A stretch of DNA of 58,583 bases from Candidatus Kaiserbacteria bacterium RIFCSPLOWO2_12_FULL_50_10 (GCA_001783515.1 MFMN01000015.1:1-58583); one strand, 5' to 3'. Shown: positions 1-10,650, numbered from the stretch's first letter. Program-made: numbers and translations. Notes: generated by a model from the letters alone, not told the origin.

Positions 1-52
1 TACCAAATCAAGTCGTTCGTCCAAAATACCAAATCAAGTCGTTCGTCCAAAA
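1..52. repeat. 26-bp tandem duplication TACCAAATCAAGTCGTTCGTCCAAAA x2
   Basis: Exact repeat at 1-26 and 27-52 at the window edge; possibly an assembly artefact. Confidence 0.8.
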
Positions 53-257
53 AATCGGAACGAACCCGCTGGTTCGTGACAAATCCGCCCATTTCGCCGC
101 ACCCGTCCCGTCCCAATTCATAGCTTCGCGACGGGCTCTTTTGCCCACTCCCGCGCCTTCGGCGCGGGCTTCTTCCCACCTTTCGGATTCGGAAGTTTCT
201 TTCTGCGGAGACGGAGGGATTCGAACCCTCGGAGGCTTTTACACCTCGGCACGTTAG
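27..257 (+). CDS. C-terminal fragment of a probable site-specific (serine) recombinase, reading into the tRNA-Ser 3' end
   Basis: Open frame YQIKSFVQKIGTNPLVRDKSAHF...CGDGGIRTLGGFYTSAR* stops inside the antisense tRNA. Resembles tails of tRNA-integrated CPR recombinases; the catalytic domain is outside the window. Confidence 0.4.
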   Translation, partial: YQIKSFVQKIGTNPLVRDKSAHFAAPVPSQFIASRRALLPTPAPSARASSHLSDSEVSFCGDGGIRTLGGFYTSAR

Positions 258-292
258 CAGTGTGCTGGTTTCAACCACTCACCCACGTCTCC
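206..292 (-). tRNA. tRNA-Ser(GCT)
   Basis: Reverse complement GGAGACGTGGGTGAGTGG...CT GCT AA...long variable arm...GGTTCGAATCCCTCCGTCTCCG. Confidence 0.95.
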
Positions 293-372
293 AACTTCAC
301 GACTATACTATAAAATGTCCTTTGATACAATTTTTTGTTATCACCTAACATAATCATGCTATACTCACCGCC

Positions 373-1551
373 ATGCAGTCTCTCGAATCAAATATTTGGA
401 AATACGGCATCATGCTCGTTGCAAATAAGCGGGTATTTGCCGCGGTGCTTGGCGCGTATTATCTCACTATTCCCAATGTTACCGCAGCGAGCGTGGGCAC
501 TATTATGCTTTTCAGTAGTCTCGCTGGGTTTCTTTTTGAAATCCCGAGCGGCTACCTCTCCGACAAAATGGGGCATAAACACGCGCTCGTGCTCGCGCGC
601 GTGTTTTTTGTAGCGTCATCACTGCTCTACCTTCTTTCGGAAAATCTCTTGCTCCTTATTCTTGCTTCTGTCGCGTTCGCGCTCGGTGGAGCATTTATGA
701 GCGGCACAGGCAGCGCGTTCATGCACGAAACGCTGAGGGCGCTTGGAAAAGACGACGACTACACACGAATTATGGGAAAACTCAGCTCGCTCGGCTTCGC
801 CATTCCCGTTATCCTTACCGCACTCGTACCGTTCCTTGTCTCTGTGAGCTTCAAACTCCCGTTCCTCGTCATGCTTATCATCGATATCGTCGCGCTTTTT
901 GTCACACTCTCGCTCGTCTCGCCAAAAGTTTCGCAAGAACATATTGACGAAATAGGCGCCACCAACTTCAAGCAGGTAATGCGCGAAGGTATTCGCCTTG
1001 GTTTTATGCCGTTCGCATTCTTTACCGGAACACTCTCGGGGCTTCTTATGATTGGTGGCGTCTTCCGCACGCTGTACCAAGTCGACCTTGGACTGCCCGT
1101 CGTTTGGTTTGGTGTTCTCCACGGTGTTGGGCGACTAGGCGCATCACTCATGCTTGCCTATAGCGGCAAGTTCCGCACATTCCTTCCCGAAAAACGCTTC
1201 TACTCCTTCGAAATAATCCTCTATGCAGCACTCTTTTCCCTCCTTGGCATCATCACCAACATGTGGATTATCGCCACAATCTTCATACTCCTGAACGCAT
1301 TCCAGTGGGGACTCACCCAAATCGAAAAAGGGTACCTGCTTAAACACATCGGGGGCAGCAAGTTCAAAGCAACCCTCCTCTCCGTTCCCGCCCAACTAGA
1401 CGCGCTCGTCGTCGCTGCCGGCAGCTTTATCTTCGGCTACGCCGTCACTGTCTTTGACTACCGCATCACCTACCTCCTCCTCGCTATCGCATTCATCTGT
1501 ATCATGCTTCCGCTCTACGCACGTCTCCGCAAAGAGCTTCACAAAAACTGA
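373..1551 (+). CDS. MFS transporter
   Basis: ~12 TM segments, motif EIPSGYLSDKMGHK. Confidence 0.9.
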   Translation: MQSLESNIWKYGIMLVANKRVFAAVLGAYYLTIPNVTAASVGTIMLFSSLAGFLFEIPSGYLSDKMGHKHALVLARVFFVASSLLYLLSENLLLLILASVAFALGGAFMSGTGSAFMHETLRALGKDDDYTRIMGKLSSLGFAIPVILTALVPFLVSVSFKLPFLVMLIIDIVALFVTLSLVSPKVSQEHIDEIGATNFKQVMREGIRLGFMPFAFFTGTLSGLLMIGGVFRTLYQVDLGLPVVWFGVLHGVGRLGASLMLAYSGKFRTFLPEKRFYSFEIILYAALFSLLGIITNMWIIATIFILLNAFQWGLTQIEKGYLLKHIGGSKFKATLLSVPAQLDALVVAAGSFIFGYAVTVFDYRITYLLLAIAFICIMLPLYARLRKELHKN

Positions 1552-1560
1552 CTATCGCAC

Positions 1561-1594
1561 GAAATAATCCCTCCGTTTATGGAGGGATTATTTC
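1561..1594 (+). terminator. Intrinsic terminator hairpin
   Basis: GAAATAATCCCTCC-GTTTAT-GGAGGGATTATTTC after the MFS gene. Confidence 0.7.
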
Positions 1595-1694
1595 GTAGCG
1601 CTTTACATTCCATACTACTATGGTACAGTTTCGCTGAAAGGTAATTCAGCCTTGTCTCGCTCTTTTTTGAACATTCACTTTTTGGAGAATCACT

Positions 1695-2240
1695 ATGGCA
1701 CAAGATGGCGCTATGCCAACCCCTGTGAGGATTGTTGTTGGCTCTATGAGTCAAATCAAGATCGAGGCGGTACGCGTCGCCTGTATAGAGCTCGATATTG
1801 TCGCCAAGATTTATTTCGTCGATTGCCCTTCTCGAGTTAACGAACAGCCTGAAGGCTACGCGGAAACCTTTGCCGGTGCCGCGCGCCGTTCTCGAGCAGC
1901 CCTGGCACATAACTCCGGGGCCGAAATTCATATCGGCATTGAGAGCGGACTGTTTTCGCATTACGGAATTTATGTTGATGTTGCAGTCATTCTTGTGAAT
2001 GACGCTTCCCGCAGGAATATTGTGACGACTTCTCGCGGAGTTCAGATTCCGGAAAACTTTGTTGACATTGCGCGAGAGCGCGGCTTCGAAACCACAACTG
2101 TCGGCTCCGTCGTCGCCGAAACGCTCGGTGGTGACAAAGCTGATCCGCACTCGACGCTGACAAACGGCAAGGAAAACCGCCTCGGGCTTCTGACGGAAGC
2201 GATTGTTTCCGCACTCCGTCAAGCCGACCTTGGCGCGTAA
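1695..2240 (+). CDS. yjjX: Inosine/xanthosine triphosphatase (DUF84 family)
   Basis: IVVGSMSQIKIEAV, SRVNEQP, GAARR, IGIESG motifs; GGAGA SD upstream. Confidence 0.8.
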   Translation: MAQDGAMPTPVRIVVGSMSQIKIEAVRVACIELDIVAKIYFVDCPSRVNEQPEGYAETFAGAARRSRAALAHNSGAEIHIGIESGLFSHYGIYVDVAVILVNDASRRNIVTTSRGVQIPENFVDIARERGFETTTVGSVVAETLGGDKADPHSTLTNGKENRLGLLTEAIVSALRQADLGA

Positions 2241-2284
2241 TCTTTTCTCAATTTCTTAAACCTCAACTACTATTGGAGAAGCTC

Positions 2285-2596
2285 ATGAGTGATCCTGCAA
2301 AACCCATCACCCCCGCCGAGGCAGAAGTTGCCAAGCGCGCATCAGTCCCTGACGTCATGATCCAGATCTTCAACGACCTCATTGTCATGAACCTGGATGG
2401 CCAGGACGCAATCATCGACATCACACATGTCTTTGAGGCGCTCAAGAAAGCAGGACACAGCGCAGGCGATGCCGCTGCGAACGGGTGGCTGAAGAGCATC
2501 AACACCATCTATGCTGAGGTGGGGTGGACTGTCCGATATGAAGACAACGGAGCACAACAGCTCATTATATTCAGGAAGCCTACTGTTAGTAAGTAA
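2285..2596 (+). CDS. Hypothetical protein
   Basis: GGAGAAGCTC-ATG start; followed by terminator AAAAGCCCGC-ACTGC-GCGGGCTTTT. Confidence 0.65.
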   Translation: MSDPAKPITPAEAEVAKRASVPDVMIQIFNDLIVMNLDGQDAIIDITHVFEALKKAGHSAGDAAANGWLKSINTIYAEVGWTVRYEDNGAQQLIIFRKPTVSK

Positions 2597-2670
2597 CCCG
2601 CCCGCTCTTTTCCGCTCAAAAGCCCGCACTGCGCGGGCTTTTTCTGTAGAGCAAGAAGAGTTACATCCAT

Positions 2671-2740
2671 GTGGATTTAACTACTTCTCGCACAAAAACA
2701 ATACACGTAACTTTTGTCATCCTGACGGGATCCAGGAGTC
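2671..2740. repeat. Repeat family A, half element
   Basis: GGATTTAACTAC...AAAACAATACACGTAACTTTTGTCATCCTGACGGGATCCAGG. Confidence 0.85.
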
Positions 2741-2775
2741 AGAGCAACAACGGTGATTGTTCGCAACGAATTATT

Positions 2776-3564
2776 TTATTTGAGAGAACGTGCAAGAGCC
2801 GTCCATTGTTCAATAGTGAGGTCTTCGCCGCGGACGGTGGGGAGGAGGTTTTGTTGTTTGAAAATTTCTTCGAGCGTTTGACGCGGATATGTCTTTGCAA
2901 GCGCACCGAGGAGTTGTTTGCGTTTGCCGCCGAGGCCTTGGTGGAGGAGTTCGAAGAATTTTGTACGGTCGAGGTTTACGAAGCGATTGTTCGTAATGTT
3001 ATGGACAGCAACAATAGCAGAATCAACTTTGGGTGCAGGGCTGAAATTGCCACGCTTTACGGTTTGTACATATTTCGGTGTACCGAACGCTTTCACGGAT
3101 AGTGAGAGGAGCGACTCCTTTTCATCGCGAGCAATGCGATGCGCGAGTTCCTTTTGAATAAGGAATACGATTGTTTTTGGCTGCTTCGCATGCTCGAGAA
3201 GTGTGCGGAATAAAAAGCCAGAGAGGTAATATGGGATATTTGCGACAACGGCGTAGTTTTCAGGAATACCGTTCATATCTCCCGCCAAAAACTCGCGAAT
3301 ATCTGCGTGCATGAGAGCGAGCTGCCCTGATGCGATTTCTTTTGCAAACACCTCGTAGAGAACTTCCACTGCTCGCTCATCTGCTTCGACAGCAACAACG
3401 TGTGCGCCTGTGGCAAGGAGTGCTTTGGTGAGCGCGCCCGTTCCGGGGCCTATTTCAAGTACGGTGTCACCCGCGGTAAGAGCACCTGCCGCAACCATTG
3501 CTGCTGGCACCGTAGGATTATTGAGGAAATTCTGCCCGAGCGACTTTTTTGCTGTTAATTTCAT
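2776..3564 (-). CDS. rsmA: 16S rRNA dimethyladenosine transferase
   Basis: KKSLGQNFL, VLEIGPGTGALT, ANIPYY, FSPAPKVDSA. Confidence 0.96.
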   Translation of the reverse strand: MKLTAKKSLGQNFLNNPTVPAAMVAAGALTAGDTVLEIGPGTGALTKALLATGAHVVAVEADERAVEVLYEVFAKEIASGQLALMHADIREFLAGDMNGIPENYAVVANIPYYLSGFLFRTLLEHAKQPKTIVFLIQKELAHRIARDEKESLLSLSVKAFGTPKYVQTVKRGNFSPAPKVDSAIVAVHNITNNRFVNLDRTKFFELLHQGLGGKRKQLLGALAKTYPRQTLEEIFKQQNLLPTVRGEDLTIEQWTALARSLK

Positions 3565-3702
3565 TACCGACACCGTACCACAAGGAACACACATGCGCTA
3601 GCGCAAACGCCACCTAACGAACAATCATATTGACAATACTCACCTACATGGTACGCTCTTTTTGCTTGTCCTTGATCTTTTACCTCTCAAAGGAGAAATT
3701 CC

Positions 3703-4362
3703 ATGAAAAAGTTCCTGCTCGCGGCATTTGTCGCGCTCGTGCTCTCGTTTTCTGCTTCTGCCGAAACGGTGCGGCTCGGCGCCGACGGCTCCATTTCCAT
3801 CGAAAACCCAGGCGGTGACCGCAAAATCGAAGTAGCCTTCGGTGACGGCGTCCTTGCGCTCGGCGATGCTTGGTGGAAAGCCGCAATTCGTAACCCAGGC
3901 GTCGTCGTGCCAGTTACCAGCCATGTGAAAGCCGAGCGCTCTGGGTTCTTCCATATCAAAAAAACAACCATCATTGATACCGGCGTCCTCTATGACGGCG
4001 CAGGAAGTGTTACGGTGGTGCGTGATGTCGTTCAGCCTTCGGAAATGGATTCCACGCCGTTTCTCATCATGGCATCCATATCGATATTCTTAGTGTCTGT
4101 GATACTCTATCGTAATCGCATCGGGAAACCCTTGCATTGGAGTTGTTATTTCGCCCCTTCCGGGGTCACATTTCTTCTCTTCTTGTCTTCGCTAGAGGTA
4201 GCTCTTGTTTTCAATTCCCCAAGCGTTTCCGTCTTTTCATTTTTTAGTCTTGCAGCTCTGGCTTGGCTTTTTCTGAAGCTTAAGAAAGAAACGGAGGCGA
4301 CTATTCTCAGCATCTATTACCTCTGTATGGTGGTAAGCGTGGGGACATTCCTCCTCAGCTAA
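3703..4362 (+). CDS. Secreted/membrane hypothetical protein (signal peptide plus ~4 C-terminal TM)
   Basis: MKKFLLAAFVALVLSFSASA signal; TTGACA promoter, GGAGA SD, terminator. Confidence 0.7.
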   Translation: MKKFLLAAFVALVLSFSASAETVRLGADGSISIENPGGDRKIEVAFGDGVLALGDAWWKAAIRNPGVVVPVTSHVKAERSGFFHIKKTTIIDTGVLYDGAGSVTVVRDVVQPSEMDSTPFLIMASISIFLVSVILYRNRIGKPLHWSCYFAPSGVTFLLFLSSLEVALVFNSPSVSVFSFFSLAALAWLFLKLKKETEATILSIYYLCMVVSVGTFLLS

Positions 4363-4436
4363 GCCACATCTTTCGCCTCGCGCTCCAAGAGCGCGGGGAT
4401 TTTTTGTGCGCCAATTACCTGTGGTATAGTTCCCTC

Positions 4437-6212
4437 ATGAAAACAATACCAAAACTCTCGACGTCACCCTGGCGTTTTGCGTGGGACATGTCGCTTAGGA
4501 GTCGAGGTCTCCTTGGTCTCACGCTCCTGCTTGTCCTTATTGGGGACATTATCAGCGGGCTACTTACCTACGTTTATAAAATCATTATTGACGGTGTAAC
4601 CAATGCGAATGTTTCAACTGCACTCCCCACAGGAACATTCATTACAATTTGGTCTGTCGTCTATCTTCTTGGATTTTTGATTGCCGTTCTCACGAAGCAC
4701 TCTGCAGCAGTAACGGGCACGCGGGGAGAAACCATGTCAGTCCTTCGCGCGCAAGCGTCTCTTATGTCGTACCTGTTTGGACACAGTCATCGTTTTTTCT
4801 CTGACGCTTTTTCAGGAACCCTCGGCGCGAAAGTTTCCCAGGCGGCAGACGGTGTGGGCGCTATCATTGAGGGTGCGGTATGGGAAATACTCTCACTAGT
4901 GCTCTCCGTTACTATTGCTACCTCTCTCATGTTCTCCATTGATTGGCGTGCGGGAATGGTCTTTTTGTTCCTCATTGTCATACTCGCCCTTATAAACATT
5001 CCTCTCTCTTCACTCCAGCAAAAAGCGGCTCGTGCACTTGCTGATGAAAACGCAAAAGTGTCTGGGTATTCATTTGATATGCTTGCGAACTTCCGTTCGA
5101 TTCGTACCTTCGCACAAAGCGAACCGGAGCTCGCACTCTTTGTCCGCCAGAACGATGCCGTCCGCAGAAAAGCAAATCACAGTATGGACATGTCGCAACT
5201 CGTCCTTGGGATAAACTCGCTCGCCATTATTTTTGCAACAGGTGTTATTGTGATGCTCCTCGTTACAGGATACAATCTCGGCACCGTAACTGCGGGTTCA
5301 TTTGTACTTATGTTCGCGGTTGTTTTAAATATTTACCAAGAACTTACTCGTGTAGGCTTTACCATCAATCGTTTCGTGCAAACGTACAGTGAAACCGCCG
5401 AGGCGCTCGAGACCCTCATTGTGCCACAGGAAATTCTTGATGCACCACACGCAGAGTCGATTGTTGTGTCAGGAGGAGCAATCGACTTCAAGGATGTCAA
5501 CTTCTCCTATGAACACACGTCTGTTTTCAAAGACTTTACCCTTAGGGTATCGCCACACGAACATCTCGGACTCGTTGGTAGAAGCGGTGCAGGAAAATCA
5601 ACACTTGTCTCGCTCCTTCTTCGTGAATTTGATATCGCCTCAGGCGTCATCACTATCGATAATGTCAACATTGCTTCTGTTACTCAGGATTCACTCCGTG
5701 CCGCTATCTCGATTGTGCCGCAAGAACCCGTCCTCTTCCATCGAACGCTTCGAGAAAACATCGCCTATGGAAAGCCGAGCGCAACCGACGCAGAAATACA
5801 CGATGCCGCAAAAAAAGCACATGCCCATGATTTTATCACCGCACTCCCGAACGGCTACGACACTCTTGTTGGTGAGCGTGGCACCAAGCTTTCAGGAGGG
5901 CAGCGTCAACGAGTTATTATCGCCCGAGCAATACTAAAAGACGCACCAATTCTCATCCTCGACGAAGCAACGAGCGCGCTCGACAGCGAGAGCGAAGCTG
6001 CAATTCAAGACGCGCTAAAAACTCTTATGCAAGGAAAAACAGTCATCGCCATTGCACACAGACTCTCAACCCTTAAGTCCATGTCTCGTATCGTTGTCAT
6101 CGACGGCGGCACCATTCTTGAGGAAGGCACCCACACTGAACTTGTGCAAAAAGACTCAGGCACCTACGCCGCACTCTGGAGCCACCAAGCTGGAGGATTT
6201 ATTCAGGAATAA
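4437..6212 (+). CDS. ABC exporter, fused permease/ATPase
   Basis: TM domain plus GRSGAGKS, LSGGQRQR, ILILDEATSALD, IAHRLST. Confidence 0.95.
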   Translation: MKTIPKLSTSPWRFAWDMSLRSRGLLGLTLLLVLIGDIISGLLTYVYKIIIDGVTNANVSTALPTGTFITIWSVVYLLGFLIAVLTKHSAAVTGTRGETMSVLRAQASLMSYLFGHSHRFFSDAFSGTLGAKVSQAADGVGAIIEGAVWEILSLVLSVTIATSLMFSIDWRAGMVFLFLIVILALINIPLSSLQQKAARALADENAKVSGYSFDMLANFRSIRTFAQSEPELALFVRQNDAVRRKANHSMDMSQLVLGINSLAIIFATGVIVMLLVTGYNLGTVTAGSFVLMFAVVLNIYQELTRVGFTINRFVQTYSETAEALETLIVPQEILDAPHAESIVVSGGAIDFKDVNFSYEHTSVFKDFTLRVSPHEHLGLVGRSGAGKSTLVSLLLREFDIASGVITIDNVNIASVTQDSLRAAISIVPQEPVLFHRTLRENIAYGKPSATDAEIHDAAKKAHAHDFITALPNGYDTLVGERGTKLSGGQRQRVIIARAILKDAPILILDEATSALDSESEAAIQDALKTLMQGKTVIAIAHRLSTLKSMSRIVVIDGGTILEEGTHTELVQKDSGTYAALWSHQAGGFIQE

Positions 6213-6293
6213 CGTGCTCTACATTCCTATAGATCAAAAAATCTCAAGACGGTACTGTCTTGAGATTTTCTTTTGCCTTTACACGAGTGAATA

Positions 6294-8297
6294 CTACAGC
6301 CACACAGTGGTTTCGGCGCCCCAGTCGTCGTCGAGGAGTCCTCGTTTTTTGTTTGGATCGGGAGTAAAACCTATGCCGCGGTGTTGTTGTACTACAGGCC
6401 GTTCTTCTTCAACGAGTTCCTGGGGGATGTCGCCAATGAACGGCGACGGTTCGTTGTAGCGTGTTGAACCAAAGACCATACGAGTCTGCGCCATCGAGAG
6501 ATACACACGCTTCCCCGCACGAGTGAGTGCAACATAGAAGAGTCGTCGTTCTTCTTCGTTGTCTCGCTTGGTGCCGGGGTCGAAGCCTTCGTGCGGGAAG
6601 AGCCCTTTTTCGAGTCCGGTGATGAATACATGTGGAAATTCAAGCCCCTTCGAGGAGTGAATCGTCATAAGACGCACCGCATCCACCACGTCTTCTTTAT
6701 TGCCTATTTCGTCTTGATCACTTTGCAGTGCCGATTCCTCAAGGAGCTGTTCAACGGCTTCGTTTGGCTGCAAGTGCGAATACTTTGTTGCAAGCGCTAC
6801 GAGTTCGTAGACGTTTTGGAGTCGTTCTTCACCTTCGTCGCCACCAGCACGAAGCGCTGCTTCAAGTCCAGTATCTTCAATAATTGCGCGAAGTGTTACA
6901 TCCACGGGCTGTTCATATACCTTCTCTCGAAGTTTACTTATGACCATATCAAAGTTCATAAGCGCACCTTTTGCTTGTGGTGTAATCGCCTGACGGTCGC
7001 CCGCAAGAATCTTATCCATTGATACTTTACCAATACCACGCTTCGGCACATTGATAATACGCGCGAAGTCGCCTTTATTTTCAGAGAGAATGTAGCGGAG
7101 GTAAGAAAGCACATCTTTAACTTCTGCACGCTCGAAGAACTTCGTGCCAAGAAGTTGATATGGCACACCTTTTGTAATCATTGCTTCTTCAAGGACGCGC
7201 GACTGGAAGTTCATGCGATAAATAATCGCGATTTCGCTCGGCTTCGTGCCTGCATCAATGAGTCCTTTGATTTTCTTTGCTACTTCTCGCGCCTCGTTTT
7301 TTTCGTTCTCTGCGTAGATACAGATAATCGGCTCACCTTCTTCGTTATTCGTATACACTGTCTTGTCGGGACGTTGCTTATTCTTCGCAATAATCGCATT
7401 CGATGCATCGATAATCACTTTCGTCGAGCGATAATTCTCCTCAAGCTTAATCTGCTTTACATCTGGAAAATGCTCCTCAAACTGCAAAAGATTCTTAATC
7501 TGCGCCCCGCGCCAGCTGTAAATTGACTGATCCACATCACCTACCACACAGACGTTGCCATGCTCGGCGAGAAGACGAAGGGTTTCCATTTGAATTTTGT
7601 TGGTGTCTTGGAATTCGTCGACGTGAATATATTGCCAGCGTTCTTGGTATCCTTTGCGGATATCTTCGTGGTCACGCAGGAGGTTGTAGGTCTTAATGAG
7701 AAGGTCGTCAAAATCGAGCGCGCCAGCTTCGCGCATGATGACCTCGTAACGTTTCCACACCTCTCCTGCCGCGCGCGCGCCGTACGACTTTGCATTCAAA
7801 AGGTATTGCTCGGGCGTTTCCCCTTCTCCTTTTGCTTTTGAAATTGCTGAAAGGATATTTTTTGGCTCAAATTCTTTAACAGAATAATTCGCTGCCTCCA
7901 TTGCGGATTTAATCGCGCGCATGGTGTCAGAGCGGTCATAAATCGCAAAGTGTTTTGGTAAGCCGAGCCGTTCATGATGCTCACGCAAAATCCGTACGCC
8001 GAGCGAGTGAAAGGTCGTTGCGGTCGGCATTGCGACTGAGACTTCGCCAAAATCATCGGGCTGCGCGGCAGAGCTGAGAAGCTGATGCAGTCGCTCACGC
8101 ATTTCCGCGGCCGCCTTGTTGGTAAAGGTAACCGCCAAAATACGGTTCGCCGGAACGCCACTGCGAATAATTTCAAGAATGCGGTGGGTAATAACTCGCG
8201 TTTTCCCCGACCCTGCACCCGCAAGCACTAGCACCGCGCCATTAATCGTACATACTGCCTCTTGTTGTGCCGCATTGAGCCCTTTGAGATGATCCAT
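6294..8297 (-). CDS. pcrA: ATP-dependent DNA helicase UvrD/PcrA
   Basis: AGAGSGKT, VDEFQDTN, LEENYRS, MTIHSSKGLEF, EERRLFYVALTRA. Confidence 0.96.
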   Translation of the reverse strand: MDHLKGLNAAQQEAVCTINGAVLVLAGAGSGKTRVITHRILEIIRSGVPANRILAVTFTNKAAAEMRERLHQLLSSAAQPDDFGEVSVAMPTATTFHSLGVRILREHHERLGLPKHFAIYDRSDTMRAIKSAMEAANYSVKEFEPKNILSAISKAKGEGETPEQYLLNAKSYGARAAGEVWKRYEVIMREAGALDFDDLLIKTYNLLRDHEDIRKGYQERWQYIHVDEFQDTNKIQMETLRLLAEHGNVCVVGDVDQSIYSWRGAQIKNLLQFEEHFPDVKQIKLEENYRSTKVIIDASNAIIAKNKQRPDKTVYTNNEEGEPIICIYAENEKNEAREVAKKIKGLIDAGTKPSEIAIIYRMNFQSRVLEEAMITKGVPYQLLGTKFFERAEVKDVLSYLRYILSENKGDFARIINVPKRGIGKVSMDKILAGDRQAITPQAKGALMNFDMVISKLREKVYEQPVDVTLRAIIEDTGLEAALRAGGDEGEERLQNVYELVALATKYSHLQPNEAVEQLLEESALQSDQDEIGNKEDVVDAVRLMTIHSSKGLEFPHVFITGLEKGLFPHEGFDPGTKRDNEEERRLFYVALTRAGKRVYLSMAQTRMVFGSTRYNEPSPFIGDIPQELVEEERPVVQQHRGIGFTPDPNKKRGLLDDDWGAETTVWL

Positions 8298-8508
8298 AGC
8301 CGCATCACTATACCACACGACCGCCATCAAAAAGCGTTGACAGTTCCTGCAACCTGCGTACAATTTTAGGCATAAGTCGCGCTTTGCGATTTTTCATGCA
8401 CTACTGCTTCTCCGTAACGATACTCCGGCGGCGCGTCCACCCTTTTGTATTCAATCTCTTGATACCCAAACTGATGGTTCCTTACCCAAAAGACCATCAC
8501 GACATATT

Positions 8509-9459
8509 ATGCGGATAGCAATCGGCACCTTAGGCATAAGCAGCCTCTCGTTTGTCGTTCCGCCCCTTATGAGTTCACTTGCCGCAAGCGAAAGTGATTC
8601 TCCCTATGTCATAGTACAGCCAATTCAGGATACTACCGCACAGAACATCCCCCTTCTTGGCACCACAACCGCAACACCTCTTGCAGTACCCGGGGGCGCC
8701 GACGGCTTTCTTTTTGCTGAAAACGACCGTTCATTTGAGAAATCAGGCACCGTAAGTGGTGAGATTAGCGTCTATGTTGTCCATGAGGGCGATACCCTCT
8801 CGCAAATTGCACAGATGTTTGATGTTTCGCAAAACACCATTCTTTGGGCAAACGATATCGCACGCGCCAACCTCATCAAGCCCGGCATGGTGCTGAACAT
8901 TCTCCCTATCTCTGGCGTCCGTCACACCGTGAAGAAGGGCGACACCATTGCATCCCTCGTCAAGAAGTACAAAGGTGATGCAGACGAAATCGTTGCCTAC
9001 AACCAACTCGAAGGTGACCTCAAAGTCGGCTCGGTCGTCGTGATCCCAAACGGTATCGTTGCTGAGGTTGCTGTCGCAAAAAGCACGAGCGGCGTGACGA
9101 GCGGCGGCAGTAGCAGTGCCGGACTCATCCATCCGCTTCCGAACGGTCGCAAAACACAAGGCATCCACGGCTACAATGGCATCGACATCGGCGCGCCTCT
9201 CGGCACTACCGTTCGTGCTGCGGCAGCAGGCACCGTTATCATTTCCGCATCGTCCGGCTACAACGGCGGCTACGGCCAATACGTCGTAGTCAAGCACGCA
9301 AACGGCACCCAAACACTCTACGCCCACCTCTCAAGCAACGCCGTTCGTGTCGGCGACAAGGTCTCGCAAGGCCAAAAGCTCGGCGGCGTCGGCAACACCG
9401 GCCGCTCTACCGGCCCACACCTCCACTTCGAAGTCCGCGGCGCCAAGAATCCGTTTTAA
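8509..9459 (+). CDS. LysM + M23 peptidase
   Basis: Two LysM repeats (VHEGDTLSQIA, VKKGDTIASL); HGYNGID, YAHL, GRSTGPHLHFEV. Confidence 0.92.
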   Translation: MRIAIGTLGISSLSFVVPPLMSSLAASESDSPYVIVQPIQDTTAQNIPLLGTTTATPLAVPGGADGFLFAENDRSFEKSGTVSGEISVYVVHEGDTLSQIAQMFDVSQNTILWANDIARANLIKPGMVLNILPISGVRHTVKKGDTIASLVKKYKGDADEIVAYNQLEGDLKVGSVVVIPNGIVAEVAVAKSTSGVTSGGSSSAGLIHPLPNGRKTQGIHGYNGIDIGAPLGTTVRAAAAGTVIISASSGYNGGYGQYVVVKHANGTQTLYAHLSSNAVRVGDKVSQGQKLGGVGNTGRSTGPHLHFEVRGAKNPF

Positions 9460-9502
9460 AGCACCGTGCGCAAGCATGGTGTTTTCGTGTTACTATACGG
9501 AT

Positions 9503-10612
9503 ATGGAACGCAAGTATATGTACCCCTCACTCATACTATTTGGCTCGTTGCTCCTTGTTATTCTTGCAACAACAGGAAGTTCGACATGCGTGCACCGGAA
9601 TACGTTTACAAAAATCGGTGAAACGGTCATTTCTTATAAAGTAGTCGACAATGCTACGCTTGCTCTTTATAGCGAGGTGAAAAACGAAGAGTGGCACATC
9701 CCGCTTAAAGACGCCTGCGCAGCAACACTACTTTCAGACACACTCATACAAACACCATCTGAACTGCATACCATACACGACAATCGTGATTCTTTTATAC
9801 TGAAGAAAATTGCAGATATCTCCGATACTCCTGCGCGCAATGTCGACTCGAATACGATAGTTATTGGTAAACAAGTATTTATGAATGGAACAGAGGTGCT
9901 TGCTCGCGACGCACAAACCCTCACTCGCATTTCGCCAGAAGAACAGTCTCTCTATAATGAAGTGTATTATAAAGACAGTGTGCAAGTGTATGTTCGCGAA
10001 GTTATTCCAAACCCCTTGCATACCGTACTGCATCCTTTCTCCGAAGTAGACCCCGCTACGTTTGAGGTAATCCCCGATTCCGACTATGTAAAAGACAAAA
10101 ATGCCGTCTATTATAAAAGAAGCTACATGTATGGTACAGACCCAGAAACCTTCGCAGTACTTCGCGAGCCCGACATCGGAAAACCATCTCTTCGTATGCG
10201 CTACAAGTATCCCTACGCAAAAGATAAGAATGGTGCATACTTTGAAGGTAACACCATAAATAGCGCAGACATCGAAACCTTCACTCCGCTCTATGAGAAG
10301 GGTGAAACCGTTGGCAAAACATTTGACTACGCACGCGATAAAAACAGCGTCTTCTATCACGAAACAACCATCAAAGGTGCAGACCCCGATACCTTCCAAA
10401 TACTCTGGCACTATATCTACGAAGGCTGCAATGCAGACCAGTATGCAAAAGACAAAAATGCCGTCTATTATAAACATCTTCCTCTCATCGGCGCCGACCC
10501 TGCAACCTTCGAGGCAACCGACAATATCCTCGGCAAGGATAAACACGGCTACTGGGAACATGAACTTCTAAAACCAGAAATCACCGAACCTCGCGTCTGC
10601 GAGTTCGCCTAA
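9503..10612 (+). CDS. DKNYY-repeat protein
   Basis: Repeated YAKDKNAVYY / ADPxTF units; N-terminal TM. Confidence 0.85.
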   Translation: MERKYMYPSLILFGSLLLVILATTGSSTCVHRNTFTKIGETVISYKVVDNATLALYSEVKNEEWHIPLKDACAATLLSDTLIQTPSELHTIHDNRDSFILKKIADISDTPARNVDSNTIVIGKQVFMNGTEVLARDAQTLTRISPEEQSLYNEVYYKDSVQVYVREVIPNPLHTVLHPFSEVDPATFEVIPDSDYVKDKNAVYYKRSYMYGTDPETFAVLREPDIGKPSLRMRYKYPYAKDKNGAYFEGNTINSADIETFTPLYEKGETVGKTFDYARDKNSVFYHETTIKGADPDTFQILWHYIYEGCNADQYAKDKNAVYYKHLPLIGADPATFEATDNILGKDKHGYWEHELLKPEITEPRVCEFA

Positions 10613-10650
10613 CAAAAACTCATACCATTCCTGGTATGAGTTTTTGTTAG

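Noticed and set aside
1-52. 26-bp direct repeat as a CRISPR or functional repeat
   Set aside because: Only two abutting copies with no spacer, at the sequence edge; likely an assembly artefact or simple duplication.
8340-8508. Riboswitch or ncRNA upstream of the LysM-M23 gene
   Set aside because: No recognisable aptamer consensus by eye; an Rfam scan would be needed.
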